Below, in pieces: positions 12,910 through 24,869 of a DNA stretch of 64,000 nt; the first letter of the stretch is position 1; each line of letters begins with the position of its first letter. This DNA is from Mobula birostris (lineage: Eukaryota): contig NC_092383.1 in NCBI RefSeq assembly GCF_030028105.1, positions 97,177,604-97,241,603 of the forward strand, written 5' to 3'. The notes beneath the pieces were generated by a model. It worked only from the letters and a program-made list of their open reading frames with translations, was not told where the DNA came from and ran no database searches. Made by a program: the position numbers and the translations under genes.

Positions 12910-13019
12910 AATTACCAGGATGGGGGATAGCTCTGTTCGTCATCGTGGCTCTGGTCAGTGTGATGGTCGTGGTCAACATCGTTGTCCTCTGGAGGAGAAC
13001 AGCGGGACTGACACCGTAA
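12910..13019 (+). CDS. Transmembrane exon with in-exon stop, probable exon of gene 1
   Basis: Long pyrimidine tract then ccag|AA, phase 1; ELPGWGIALFVIVALVSVMVVVNIVVLWRRTAGLTP*; donor gtgagt at 13031. Link to the V exon is inferred from phase and order. Confidence 0.72.
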
Positions 13020-13263
13020 TATCTGTACTCGTGAGTACCCGCAGGGGAAGCGGGGAGTGGTCAGGGAGAAGGCATTGGCGAGAGTAGCATTGGATGAGTA
13101 CACAGGAAGGGGTTTGAGTGTGACAGAGAAGAGGGTGCGGCAGAGAGGGTAGGGGTGTAGGGGTGGGAGTGGGGAGAAGGAGGGGAAGGGAAATGAGCCG
13201 TTCAAAGAGAGGGCTGCGTGGCACAGACCAGTGCACACTTTCACAGAGCCAATGTCCTCGTAC

Positions 13264-14138
13264 TGTTACATAACCGGCAAAAATGACTATCAATCCAGAC
13301 AGGTTATATAAAAACCAAACATTTATTAAACACGTATAAACGATAAGGAAGAATAGAAAACAAAGGAAAACTTTAACCGGAGGTTAAACAGGTTCGCAGC
13401 CGTTCACCAACTTCACTCGGCTCTGGTTCTTAAAGCGTTAAATGCGAAAAACAGTTCTTAAAGCGATACAGTCAGATAGAATTCTTAAAGCGATAACTTC
13501 GAAAGTCCAACAGTTTTACACATTCAATTGGGAGAGACTTCTCTGGAGAAAGATTTCTTCACAGACGCACCTTTACTGCTGGTTCTGTCCACAGGATTCC
13601 CGATGCCGAAAATAAACAGTTTAAATCGACTGACCTTAAATTCCTTTAGAGAGAGTGAGAGCACCTTTTTGCATGAACTCATTGCCCTATTGCAAGAGCT
13701 ATCTCAATGCAGGTTCTCTCCAACGAAGACTCAATAAGGTCGATTCTTTATTACACTGCCAAACGATGCCGACTTCTCTCGATCCTTCACTTCGATGAAT
13801 TCTTCACTCTCCCTTCAAAACTGTCGGAATTGAGTAAATTGGCACTTCCAGCCACAACTTCCCAGTCCAATAATACATACCTTGTAAGAGAACGCACCTT
13901 CCGTTTTAAAAATGAAACTGCGTCACAAAAACAAACACGCAACAGAAATGGAAGCACAACATGTTCTACCTGGAAATCTACAAACCCAAAAACTAACTAC
14001 GTCACCTGGGTCGACCCTATACTCACGGGGGGGGGCACATGTCATCACGTGACCTCACATCGGCGGGAAAATCACATCAGGTGACCTCCAAAAGACCATT
14101 ACAGCATTCTCAAAAAAAATGTCCTTGGGCATGTAACA
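13264..14138 (-). mobile_element. Solo LTR (875 bp)
   Basis: TGTTACA...TGTAACA termini, near-TSD GTAC/GTGC, AATAAA on the minus strand near 13320, internal TTCTTAAAGCG x3. Confidence 0.8.
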
Positions 14139-15111
14139 GTGCAAACTGGTGCGATCCAGTCATTACGTACTGCCCCAGACAGACCACAAAGAGTGACCGC
14201 AGAAGTGACCTCATTGGGGACTGTCACAGACCATCACTTTCACCCGTTATGGAGACCCAAGGGGAAGCGCACTCCAGGGAGACAAATCGGGTACAAGGCG
14301 GGAAAGGCCAGGGACCGGAATACTAGCACTGAGCATAGGTCGGTGGGTAGATGGGAATAAGGAAGAAGGGGGGAGCAGTAGTGATAGGGGACTCAATAGT
14401 CAGAAGAATCAACAGGAGCTTTTTTGGATGGTATGTTGCCTCCCAGGTGTCAGGGTCAGGGATGTCTCAGATTGCATCCACAGTATTTTGGATCGGGAGG
14501 GAGAACAAGCAAATGTCTTGGTACATAGTGGTACCAGTAACATATGAAGAGAAAGTAATGAAGTCTTGAAGAGATCATTTAGAGAGCCTATTAGGGGATC
14601 AGCTGTATTGGACTGGGTGTTATGAAATGAACAAGAGGCGATAAGGGAGCTTCAGGTAAAGAAACCCTTAGGAGGCAGTGATCACAATATGACTGAGTTC
14701 AACTTGAAATATGATCAGGAGAAAGTAAAGTCTGATGTAGCAGTATTTCAGTGGAGTAAAGAAATTACAGTGGTATGAGAGAGAAATTGGCCAAAGTAAA
14801 TTGGAAAGAGATGCTGACAGGGATAACACCAGAGCATCAATGGTGTATGTTTCTGGGAAAATGAGGAAGGTGCAGTATAGATGTATTCCAAAAACAAAGA
14901 AATACTCAAATGGCAAAAAAGTACAGTTGTGGCTGACAAAAGAAATCAAAGAGAGGGCATACAAAGCAAAAATTAGCAGGAAGGCAGAGATTGAAAGCTT
15001 TTAAAAACCCATAGAAAGCAACTAAAAGAAACTTTAGGAGGGAAAAGATGACATATGAAAGCAAGCTAGCAAACAATATCAAGGTGGATAGAAGAAGCTT
15101 TATCAAGTATA

Positions 15112-16739
15112 TGAAACCACTTTTTACTGGGTGTATCTAGAGATATGGCTTGTTATCCCCTCTGACTGAGCTGTGAGAAAACCACCTTTCTCAGACTCTG
15201 TCTGTCAAGGGTAGATATGACCTGGGTCTCACCAAATCCGTGAGGTTGGGATGTCTCACTCACCCGAACCCCGATTTGTGTAACTTACTGCTCCCATGTA
15301 ATCATCCATCAGCAAGAAATAACATACCATACACTGCATACAATTGTAAAGAAAATATACTTAAGAATGTTAACTTAGAAACATAGAAAACCTACAGCAC
15401 AATACAGGCCCTTTGGCCCACAAAGCTGTGCCGAACATGTCCCTACCTTAGAACTACCTAGGCTTACCCATAGCTCTCTATTTTCCTAAGCTCCATGTAG
15501 CCATCTAGGAGTCTCTTAAAAAACCCTATCAATTTCACCTCCACCACCACCGCCGGCAGCTCATTCCACGCATTCACCACTCTCTGCGTAAAAAAACTGA
15601 CCCCTGACATCTCCTCTGTACCTACTTCCAAGCACCATAAAACTATGCCCTCTTGTGGCAGCCATTTCAACCCTGGGGAAAAGCCTCTGACTATCCACAC
15701 GATCAATTCCTCTCACTATCTAGTACACTTCTATCAGGTCACCTCTCATCCTCCGTCGCTCCAAGGAGAAAAGGCTGAGTTAATTCAACCTATTCCCATA
15801 AGGCATGCTCCCCAATCCAGGCAACATCCTTGTAAATTTCTTCTGCACCCTTTCTATGGCTTCCAAGTCCTTCCTGTAGTGAGCCGACCAGAACTGAGCA
15901 CAGTACTCCAAGTGGGGTCTGACCAGGGTCCTATATAGCTGCAATATTACCTCTTGGCTCTTAGACTCAATACCATTATTGATGAAGGCTAATGCTTTGT
16001 ATGCCTTCTTAACCACAGAGTCAACCTGCACAGCAGCTTTGAGTGTCCTATGGACTCAGACTCCAAGATCCCTCTGATCCTCCACACTGCCAAGAGTCTT
16101 GCCATTAAATCTACATTCTGCCATCATACTTAACCTAACAAAATGAACCACCTCACACTTTTCTGGGTTGAACTCCATCTGCCACTTCTCAGCCCAGTTT
16201 TGCATCCTATCAAACTTAACCAAACAGTTACTAACAGAAAGAAAGAAAAAACTTAAGGGCCCATAATAATTAAACAGTCAAATGTACACATAAATTGGAG
16301 CTCATCTTGAAGTCTTTAACTCACACTTTAGACCCTCAGACTGCGTAAAAGCACATACCATCTTCCAAATGTCACTCGAAATCCATCTCAAATAAATGGG
16401 CTCTCTAGTGGCAGTATTGGTCCTTCCTCCTTGAAGTCATTCATCTGCACAAAGTGCCTTGTGCAACAGGGATGGCATCCTCAGTCGTCTTCTCTCCTCC
16501 CTTATCCCAGCACTTGCCAAAAAGACCTCGACCCACTCCAGTTTCCATCACTAAAACCTCACCGCAAAGCGTTCTCTAGAACCTTCTTCCAATTCCAGCC
16601 TCTTGATTGGCTGATACCACATTCCTAAGTTAAACAACTTGTCTCAGCCGAAACCCAAGCAGGATGAAAGCAGAACAGACTGCTCTTACAGAACTGCTAA
16701 AATGAAACACCTACAGCATAGCAGTAAAAATCTTAACCA
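15112..16739 (-). mobile_element. LTR-like insertion inside CR1
   Basis: Interrupts CR1 at AAGTATA; TG...CA ends with TATA on both flanks; CCAAT box on minus strand; 5' end resembles the LTR fragment at 24390. Confidence 0.6.
15378..16212 (-). mobile_element. 5'-truncated CR1 nested in the LTR-like element
   Basis: Minus ORF QVDSVVKKAYKALAF...HLEYCAQFW; (TTTCTATG)-type tail; flanking AACTTA at 15372-15377 and 16213-16218. Confidence 0.9.
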
Positions 16740-17306
16740 TATATTAAATATATAAGAGAGATGAGAGTAGAAGTAGCATCACTAGAAAATGAGACCGGAG
16801 GTATAATAACAGGAGAAAGAGGTAGCGGTAGAGATTGTGGAGACATTGGTAATAATCTCTCAGGAATCATTGGACCCTGGCACCGTTCCGGAGGACTGGA
16901 AAATTGCAAAAGTCACTCCACTCTTTAAGAAAGCAGGGAGGCAGCAGAAAGGAAATTATAGACCAGTTAGCCTGATCTCAGTGGTTGGGAAGATGTTGAA
17001 GTCAATAGTTAAGGATGAGGTTATAGAGAACTTGATGACACAGGACAAATTAGGACAAAGTCAGCGTGGTTTCCATAAGGGAAAATCTTCACTGACAAAC
17101 CTGTTAGAATTATTTGAAGAGATTACAGGTAGGATAGATAAAGGGGAGGCAGTATATGTTGTATATTTGGATTTTCAAAAGGCAATTCATAAGGTGCCAC
17201 GCATGAGACTGCTTACCAAATTAAGAGCCCATGTCATTGCAGGAAAGTTACTGGCATTTGCGGATTGATAGCAGGTAGTGAGTGGGAATAAAAGTATCCT
17301 TTTCTG

Positions 17307-17578
17307 CAACACACATCAAAGTTGCTGGTGAACGCAGCAGGCCAGGCAGCATCTCTAGGAAGAGGTACAGTCGACGTTTCAGGCCGAGACCCTTCATCAG
17401 GACTAACTGAAGGAAGAGCGAGTAAGAGATTTGAAAGTTGGAGGGGGAGGGGGAGATCCAAAATGATGGGAGAAGACAGGAGGGGGAAGGATGGACCCAA
17501 GAGCTGGACAGGTGATTGGCAAAGGGGATATGAGAAGAACATGGGACAGGAGGCCCTGGGAGAAGGAAAAGGGGGAGT
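17307..17578 (-). mobile_element. Penelope-like element 3' fragment inserted in CR1
   Basis: Same terminal sequence as copies at 32247, 60283 and 60738; interrupts CR1 between TTTTCTG and GTTGGCTGCC. Confidence 0.8.
17369..17404 (-). ncRNA. Minimal type I hammerhead ribozyme motif, core intact
   Basis: Minus strand AGTC-CTGATGA-AGG gtctcgg CCT-GAAAC-GTC-GACT: stem I AGUC/GACU, CUGAUGA core, stem II, palindromic ACGU stem III, GUC cleavage triplet. Confidence 0.7.
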
Positions 17579-18659
17579 GGTTGGCTGCCAGCGACCAGTG
17601 GTGTTGTGCAGGGGTCGGTATTGGAACCACTTCTTTTTATGCTGCATATAAATGATTTAGATGATGGAATAGATGGCTTTGTTGCCAAGTTTACAAATGA
17701 TACGAAGATTGGTGGAGGGGCAGGTAGTGTTGAGGAAACAGAAGGGATGCGAAAGGATGTAGACAGATTAAGAGAATGGGCAAGAAGGTGGGAAATGAAA
17801 TACAATGGTCATGGTCATGCATTTTGGTAGTAGAAGAAAATGTGCAGAACTTGAGATGGAAAGGGACCTGCGAGCCCTTGTGCAGAACATCCTAAAAGTT
17901 AGCTTGCTGGTTGAGTTGTGGTGCGGAAGACAGATGCAGTGTTAGAATTCATTTCAAGAGGTCTAGAATTACAAGAGCAGGGATGTGATGCTGGGGCTTT
18001 ATAAGGCACTGGTAAGGCCTCACCATGAGTATTGTGAACAGTTTTGGGCTTCTTATCTGAGAAAAGATGTGCTAGCAATGGAGTGGGTTCAGAGGAGGTT
18101 CACATGGATGATACTAGGAGTTAAAGGATTATCTTATGAGGAACGTTTGATGCCTCAGGGTCTGTACTCACTGGAATTTAGAAGGATGAGGTGGGATCTC
18201 ATTGAAATCTTTTGAATGTTGGAAGGTCAAGACAGAGTAGATGTGGAAAGGATGTTTCCCATGATGGTGGAGTCTAGGACAAGAGGGCACAGCTTCAAGG
18301 TAGAGGGCCATCCATTTAATACAGAGCTGCAGAGAATTTTTTTCAGCCGGAGAGTGGTACATTTGTGGAATTTGTTACCACAGGCAGCTGTGGAGGCCTG
18401 GTCACTGGGTGTATTTAAGGCAGAGATTGATAGGTTCTTGATTGGCCATGGCATCAAAGGTTACAGAGAGAGGGTGGGGGAGTGGGGCTGGTGGGGGGTG
18501 GGGGGGAAGAAAAGGATCAGCCGTGATTGAATAGCAGTGCAGACTCAATGGGTCAAAAGGCCTAATCCTGCTCCTATGTTTTATGGTCTAATGGTCTTAT
18601 TGTAACAAAAACATCCACATGCACAAATTACCCAGGACTGAGACACACCATCACGAGTG

Positions 18660-19522
18660 TACTATGTCCCCCGAAACCCAGTCACTGGGGTAAACCATCC
18701 CCGACACATCTCACCACAGGATACACTGTCCCCACACACCCAGTCACTGGGTACACTGTCCCCACACTCTCAGTCACTGGGTTACACTTTCCCACATACA
18801 CCCAGTCACTGGGGTACACTGTCCCCCCCCACACACCCAGTCACTGGGGTACACTGTCCCCCCCCACACACCCAGTTACTGGGGTACACTGTCCCCCATA
18901 CACACCCTGTCACTGGGGTACACTGTCCCCCACACACACCCCATCACTGGGGTACACTGTCCCCCACACACACCCCATCACTGGGGTACACTGTCCCCCA
19001 TACACACCCCATCACTGGGGTACACTGTCCCCCACACACACCCCATCACTAGGGTACACTGTCCCCCATACACACCCCATCACTGGGGTACACTGTCCCC
19101 CATACACACCCCATCACTGGGGTACACTGTCCCCCACACACACCCCATCACTGGGGTACACTGTCCCCCATACACACCCCATCACTGGGGTACACTGTCC
19201 CCCACACACACCCCATCACTGGGGTACACTGTCCCCCACACACACCCCATCACTGGGGTACACTGTCCCCCACACACACCCCATCACTGGGGTACACTGT
19301 CCCCCATACACACCCCATCACTGGGGTACACTGTCCCCCACACACACCCCATCACTGGGGTACACTGTCCCCCATACACGCAGTCACCGGGGTGCACTGT
19401 CCCCCACACACACCCCATCACTGGGGTACACTGTCCCCCATACACGCAGTCACCGGGGTGCACTGTCCCCCACACACCAAATCACTGGGATTCACTGTCC
19501 CAGACACCCAGTCACTGGGGTA
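18660..19522. repeat. 34-bp C-rich minisatellite, about 25 copies
   Basis: Unit CACTGGGGTACACTGTCCCCCACACACACCCCAT; homogeneous core with diverged edges. Confidence 0.95.
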
Positions 19523-20387
19523 GAGTGTATAAGCACCCGATATAATTCTGTTTTGGATTTGTCATAAATGAGAGGGTGTGAGGTTGAAGAATGAGGATGC
19601 CTAAATCTTGTGAAATGGTGGCTCCTAGATTAGTGTTACCAGAAAGAGGTGTGGGCCGATTGAGGGGTCCATTGGTGTTTGGTCGGGGTGAAGGAGGGAA
19701 AGGGGATGGGTGTGGGTGACTAGAACATGTCTGTAGGTGGCTCACTGACTGATGGATCCCCTCACCTCTGCTCTCTGTCCCACAGGTTGGCGCTGACAAG
19801 GGGTTTGTGGAATGGATCAGATGTGGTTTAAACATCCAACTGAGGAGCAGCCCAGCTCAAAGACACCCCCTTTAGTGTTTCCAGCATTTCCTCTTTTAGC
19901 TTCAGATTTCCAGATTGTGCAGTTGTTTGATTTTATTTACTGTTTAAATCTAAAAGTTCAAAGGTCATCTGCTATATTATAAAATATTATAATAGTTTTT
20001 TCTAAACCATTCCATTGTTCTATGTTGCGTTTGTGGGCTGGAGGGAATTATATACATCAGGAGGGGTACACTCGCCATAGAGGGTTGTAGAGAGGGAGGG
20101 GTAGAGAGGCCAGTAGAGCTTGTAGTGATAGTGAAGGGATAAGGGCAAGAGGAGTGGCAGAGATAACGAGGCGTGCAGTGGCCAGAGAGGCTGACAGAGA
20201 TCGGGGTATGGAGGAGAGAGGAGAATACAGAGATAGGAGCGGCTATAGAAGCCAGAGGGGGTTACAGAGATAGGGAAGGAATAAGGGCCAGAGCCGTTTA
20301 CAGAGGTAGTGTTGGGCCAGACAGGGTTACAGAGAAAGGGATATACAGGCCACAGTGGTGTACAGATGGAGGGAGAGCTATAGAGAC

Positions 20388-23300
20388 GAGAGGTTTATGG
20401 AGATAGGGAGGGGTATAGGGGTAGAGAGGTTTACGAAGATAGGGAGGGATATAGGGGTAGAGAGGTTTACAGAGAGGGAGGGGTATAGGGGTAGAGAGGT
20501 TTACGGAGATAGGGAGGGTTATAGAGGTAGAGAGGTTTATGGTGATAGGGAGGGGTATAGGTGCAGAGAGGTTTACGGAGATAGGGAGGGGTATAGGGGT
20601 AGAGAGGTTTACGGAGATAGGGAGGGGTATAGAGGTAGAGAGGTTTATGGAGATAGGGAGGGGTATAGAGGTAGAGCGGTTTACAGATAGGGAGAGGTAT
20701 AGGGTTAGAGAGGTTTACAGAGATAGGGAGGGGTATAGGGGTAGAGAGGTTTACGGAGATAGGGAGGGGTATAGGGGTAGAGCGGTTTACGGAGATAGGG
20801 AGGGGTATAGGTGTAGACATGTTTACGGAGATAGGGAGGGGTATAGGGGTAGAGAGGTTTACGGAGATAGGGAGGGGTATAGGGGTAGAGAGGTTTACGG
20901 AGATAGGGAGGGGTATAGAGGTAGAGAGGTTTACGGAGATAGGGAGAGGTATAGGGGTAGAGAGGTTTACGGAGATAGGGAGGGGTATAGGGGTAGAGAG
21001 GTTTACGGAGATAGGGAGGGGTATAGGGGTAGAGAGGTTTACAGAGATAGGGAGGGGTATAGGGGTAGAGAAGTTTACGGAGATAGGGAGGGGTATAGGG
21101 GTAGAGAGGTTTACGGAGATAGGGAGGGGTATAGGTGCAGAGAGGTTTACAGAGATAGGGAGGAGTATAGGGGTAGAGAGGTTTATGGAGATAGGGAGGG
21201 GTATAGAGGTAGAGAGGTTTACAGATAGGGAGAGGTATAGGGTTAGAGAGGTTTACGGAGATAGGGAGGGGTATAGGGGTAGAGAGGTTTACGGAGATAG
21301 GGAGGGGTATAGGAGTAGAGAGATTTATGGAGATAGGGAGGGGTATCGGGGTAGAGAGGTTTACAGGGAGGGAGGGGTATAGGGGTAGAGAGGTTTACGG
21401 AGATAGGGAGGGGTATAGGGGTAGAGAGGTTTACGGAGATAGGGAGGGGTATAGGGGTAGAGTGGTTTACGGAGATAGGGAGGAGTATAGAGGTAGAGAG
21501 GTTTACGGAGATAGGGAGGGGTATAGAGGTAGAGAGGGTTATGGAGATAGGGAGGGGTATAGAGGTAGAGAGGTTTACAGAGATAGGGAGGGGTATAGGG
21601 TTAGAGAGGTTTACGGAGATAGGGAGGGGTATAGGGGTAGAGAGATTTATGGAGATAGGGAGGGGTATAGGGGTAGAGAGGTTTACAGAGAGGGAGGGGT
21701 ATAGGGGTAGAGAGGTTTACGGAGATAGGGAGGGGTATAGGGGTAGAGAGGTTTACGGAGATAGGGAGGGGTATAGGGGTAGAGAGATTTATGGAGATAG
21801 GGAGGGGTATAGGGGTAGAGAGGTTTACAGAGAGGGAGGGGTATAGGGGTAGAGAGGTTTACGGAGATAGGGAGGGGTATAGGGTTAGAGAGGTTTACGG
21901 AGATAGGGAGGGGTATAGAGGTACAGAGGTTTACGGAGATAGGGAGGGGTATAGGGGTAGAGAGGTTTACGGATATAGGGAGGGGTATAGGGTTAGAGAG
22001 GTTTACGGAGATAGGGAGGGGTATAGGGGTAGAGAGATTTATGGAGATAGGGAGGGGTATAGGGGTAGAGAGGTTTACAGAGAGGGAGGGGTATAGGGGT
22101 AGAGAGGTTTACGGAGATAGGGAGGGGTATAGGGGTAGAGAGGTTTACGGAGATAGGGAGGGGTATAGGGGTAGAGAGATTTATGGAGATAGGGAGGGGT
22201 ATAGGGGTAGAGAGGTTTACAGAGAGGGAGGGGTATAGGGGTAGAGAGGTTTACGGAGATAGGGAGGGGTATAGGGTTAGAGAGGTTTACGGAGATAGGG
22301 AGGGGTATAGAGGTACAGAGGTTTACGGAGATAGGGAGGGGTATAGGGGTAGAGAGGTTTACGGATATAGGGAGGGGTATAGGGTTAGAGAGGTTTACGG
22401 AGATAGGGAGGGGTATAGAGGTACAGAGGTTTACGGAGATAGAGAGGGGTATAGGGGTAGAGAGGTTTACGGATATAGGGAGGGGTATAGGGGTAGAGCG
22501 GTTTATGGAGATAGGGAGGGGTATAGGTGTAGAGATGTTTACGGAGATAGGGAGGGGTATAGGGGTAGAGAGGTTTACGGAGATAGGGAGGGGTATAGGG
22601 GTAGAGAGGTTTACGGAGATAGGGAGGAGTATAGAGGTAGAGAGGTTTACGGAGATAGGGAGGGGTATGGGGTAGAGAGGTTTACGGAGATAGGGAGGGG
22701 TATAGGGGTAGACAGGTTTACGGAGATAGGGGGGGTATAGGGGTAGAGAGGTTTACAGAGATAGGGAGGGGTATAGGGGTAGAGAGGTTTACGGAGATAG
22801 GGAGGTGTATAGGGGTAGAGAGGTTTACGGAGATAGGGAGGGGTATAGAGGTAGAGAGGTTTACGGAGATAGGGAGGGCTATAGGGGTTGAGAGGTTTAC
22901 AGAGATACGGCGGGGTATAGGGGTAGAGAGGTTTACGGAGATAGGGGGGGTATAGGGGTAGAGAGGTTTACGAAGATAGGGAGGGTTATAGGGGTAGAGA
23001 GGTTTACGGAGATAGGGAGGGGTATAGGGGTAGAGAGGTTTACGGAGATAGGGAGGGGTATAGGTGTAGAGAGGTTTACGGAGATAGGGAGGGGTATAGG
23101 GGTAGAGAGGTTTACGGAGATAGGGAGGGGTATAGAGGTAGAGAGGTTTACGGAGGTAGGGAGGGGTATAGAGGTAGAGAGGTTTACGGAGATAGGGAGG
23201 GGTATAGAGGTAGAGAGATTTACGGAGATAGCGAGGGGTATAGGGGTAGAGAGGTTTACGGAGGGGTATAGGGGTAGAGAGGTTTACGGAGATAGGGAGG

Positions 23301-24380
23301 GGTATAGAGGTAGAGAGGTTTACAGAGGTAGGGAGGGGTATAGGGGTAGAGAGGTTTACGGAGATAGGGAGGGGTATAGGGGTAGACAGGTTTACGAGAT
23401 AGGGAGGGGTATAGGGTTAGAGAGGTTTACAGAGAGGGAGGGGTATAGGGGTAGAGAGGTTTACGGAGATAGGGAGGGTTATAGGGGTAGAGAGGTTTAT
23501 GGAGATAGGGAGGGGTATAGGTGTAGAGAGGTTTACAGAGAGGGAGGGGTATAGGGGTAGAGAGATTTACGGAGATAGGGAGGGTTATAGGGGTAAAGAG
23601 GTTTACGGAGATAGGAAGGGGTATAGGGGTAGAGAAGTTTATGGAGATAGGAAGGGGTATGGGGGTAGAGAGGTTTACAGAGAGGGAGGGGTATAGCGGT
23701 AGAGAGGTTTACGGAGATAGGGAGGGGTATAGGGTTAGAGAGGTTTACGGAGATAGGAAGGGGTATAGGGGTAGAGCGGTTTATGGAGATAGGGAGGGGT
23801 ATAGGGGTAGAGAGGTTTACGGACATAGGGAGGGGTATAGGGGTAGAGAGGTTTACGGAGATAGGGAGGGGTATGGATTAGAGAGATTTATGGAGATAGG
23901 GAGGGGTGTAGGGGTAGAGAGGTTTACGGAGATAGGGAGGGGTATAGGGGTGGAGAGGTTTATGTAGATAGGGAGGGGTATAGGGGTAGAGAGGTTTACG
24001 GAGATAGGGAGGGGTATAGGGGTAGAGCGGTTTATGGAGATAGGGAGGGGTATAGGGGTTGATAGGTTTACGGACATAGGGAGGGGTATAGGGGTAGAGA
24101 GGTTTACGGAGATAGGGAGGGGTATGGATTAGAGAGGTTTATGGAGATAGGGAGGGGTGTAGGGGTAGAGAGGTTTACGGAGATAGGGAGGGGTATAGGG
24201 GTGGAGAGGTTTATGTAGATAGGGAGGGGTATAGGGGTAGAGAGGTTTACGGAGATAGGGAGGGGTTTTGGGGTAGAGAGGTTTACGGAGATAGGGAGAG
24301 GTATAGGGGTAGAGAGGTTTACGGAGATAGGGAGGGGTATAGTGGTAGAGAGGTTTACGGAGATTGGAAGGGGATAGAGG
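20388..24380. repeat. 36-bp G/purine-rich minisatellite, about 110 copies
   Basis: Unit GAGATAGGGAGGGGTATAGGGGTAGAGAGGTTTACG with 34- and 35-bp variants. Confidence 0.97.
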
Positions 24381-24389
24381 CCAGAGGGG

Positions 24390-24779
24390 TGTAATGCCCT
24401 GGTTCACATGGTTCATATTTTTTCTCTGTTATGCTTTTCTGTTCCCTGTGTAAGCTGCTTGTTTTTGTTACTGTTGAAGATAAGAGAGAGGAGAAATGTG
24501 CACCATCTAATTGAGATGAACTGATTCGGGAGGCGGGGTGTTCTCTGCTGAGGACACTGAGGTTGGGTTTCTGGCTTTTGAGAGGGGAGAAGAGAGGAGA
24601 TACCGGAGAGAAGAGGTCAGAGGTGTCGACCCAGAATGTTGCTGGGATTCGGTGAAGCCCAGTGAGATCAAAGGACGATCGGCGAAGGGGAAACCGTGAC
24701 CTCCAACTTGTGCACATCAGGCTGTTTCAATAAAATGGGCTCTTTGCTTCTTCTTTACTAACCCCTTAGTCAAATTAAG
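24390..24779 (+). mobile_element. Truncated LTR fragment
   Basis: Begins TGTAATGCCCTGG, contains AATAAA near 24728; degenerate 36-mer-like sequence resumes after it. Confidence 0.6.
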
Positions 24780-24869
24780 AGATAGGGAGGGGTATTGGGA
24801 CCAGAAGGTATTACAGATACAGGGAGGGGCGTTGGGACCAGAGGGGGTTACTCTGTACATTCTACACAT

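Larger units (their letters stand above)
14340..18598 (+). mobile_element. Fragmented CR1 (ORF1 esterase remnant, ORF2 pieces, 3' end) with nested insertions
   Basis: AVVIGDSIVR; VPEDWKIAKVTPLFKK...; QGSVLEPLLF; LYKALVRPHHEYCEQFW; pieces at about 14340-15111, 16744-17306 and 17579-18598. Confidence 0.88.

Noticed and set aside
12918-12990. Minus-strand His/Asp-rich exon candidate (EDNDVDHDHHTDQSHDD)
   Set aside because: It is the antisense image of Val/Ile codons; the plus-strand reading has a canonical TM helix with Trp and RR flanks and is better supported.
18657-19475. His/Pro/Thr-rich ORFs and a CRISPR-like look of the 34-bp repeat
   Set aside because: Head-to-tail minisatellite with no unique spacers and no cas genes; eukaryotic context.
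20355-24416. Long ORFs with REGYRGREVYGD or EIGRGIGVERFT repeats
   Set aside because: Product of a 36-bp (12-codon) unit lacking stops in two frames; frames break at every 34/35-bp variant; no splice or start context.
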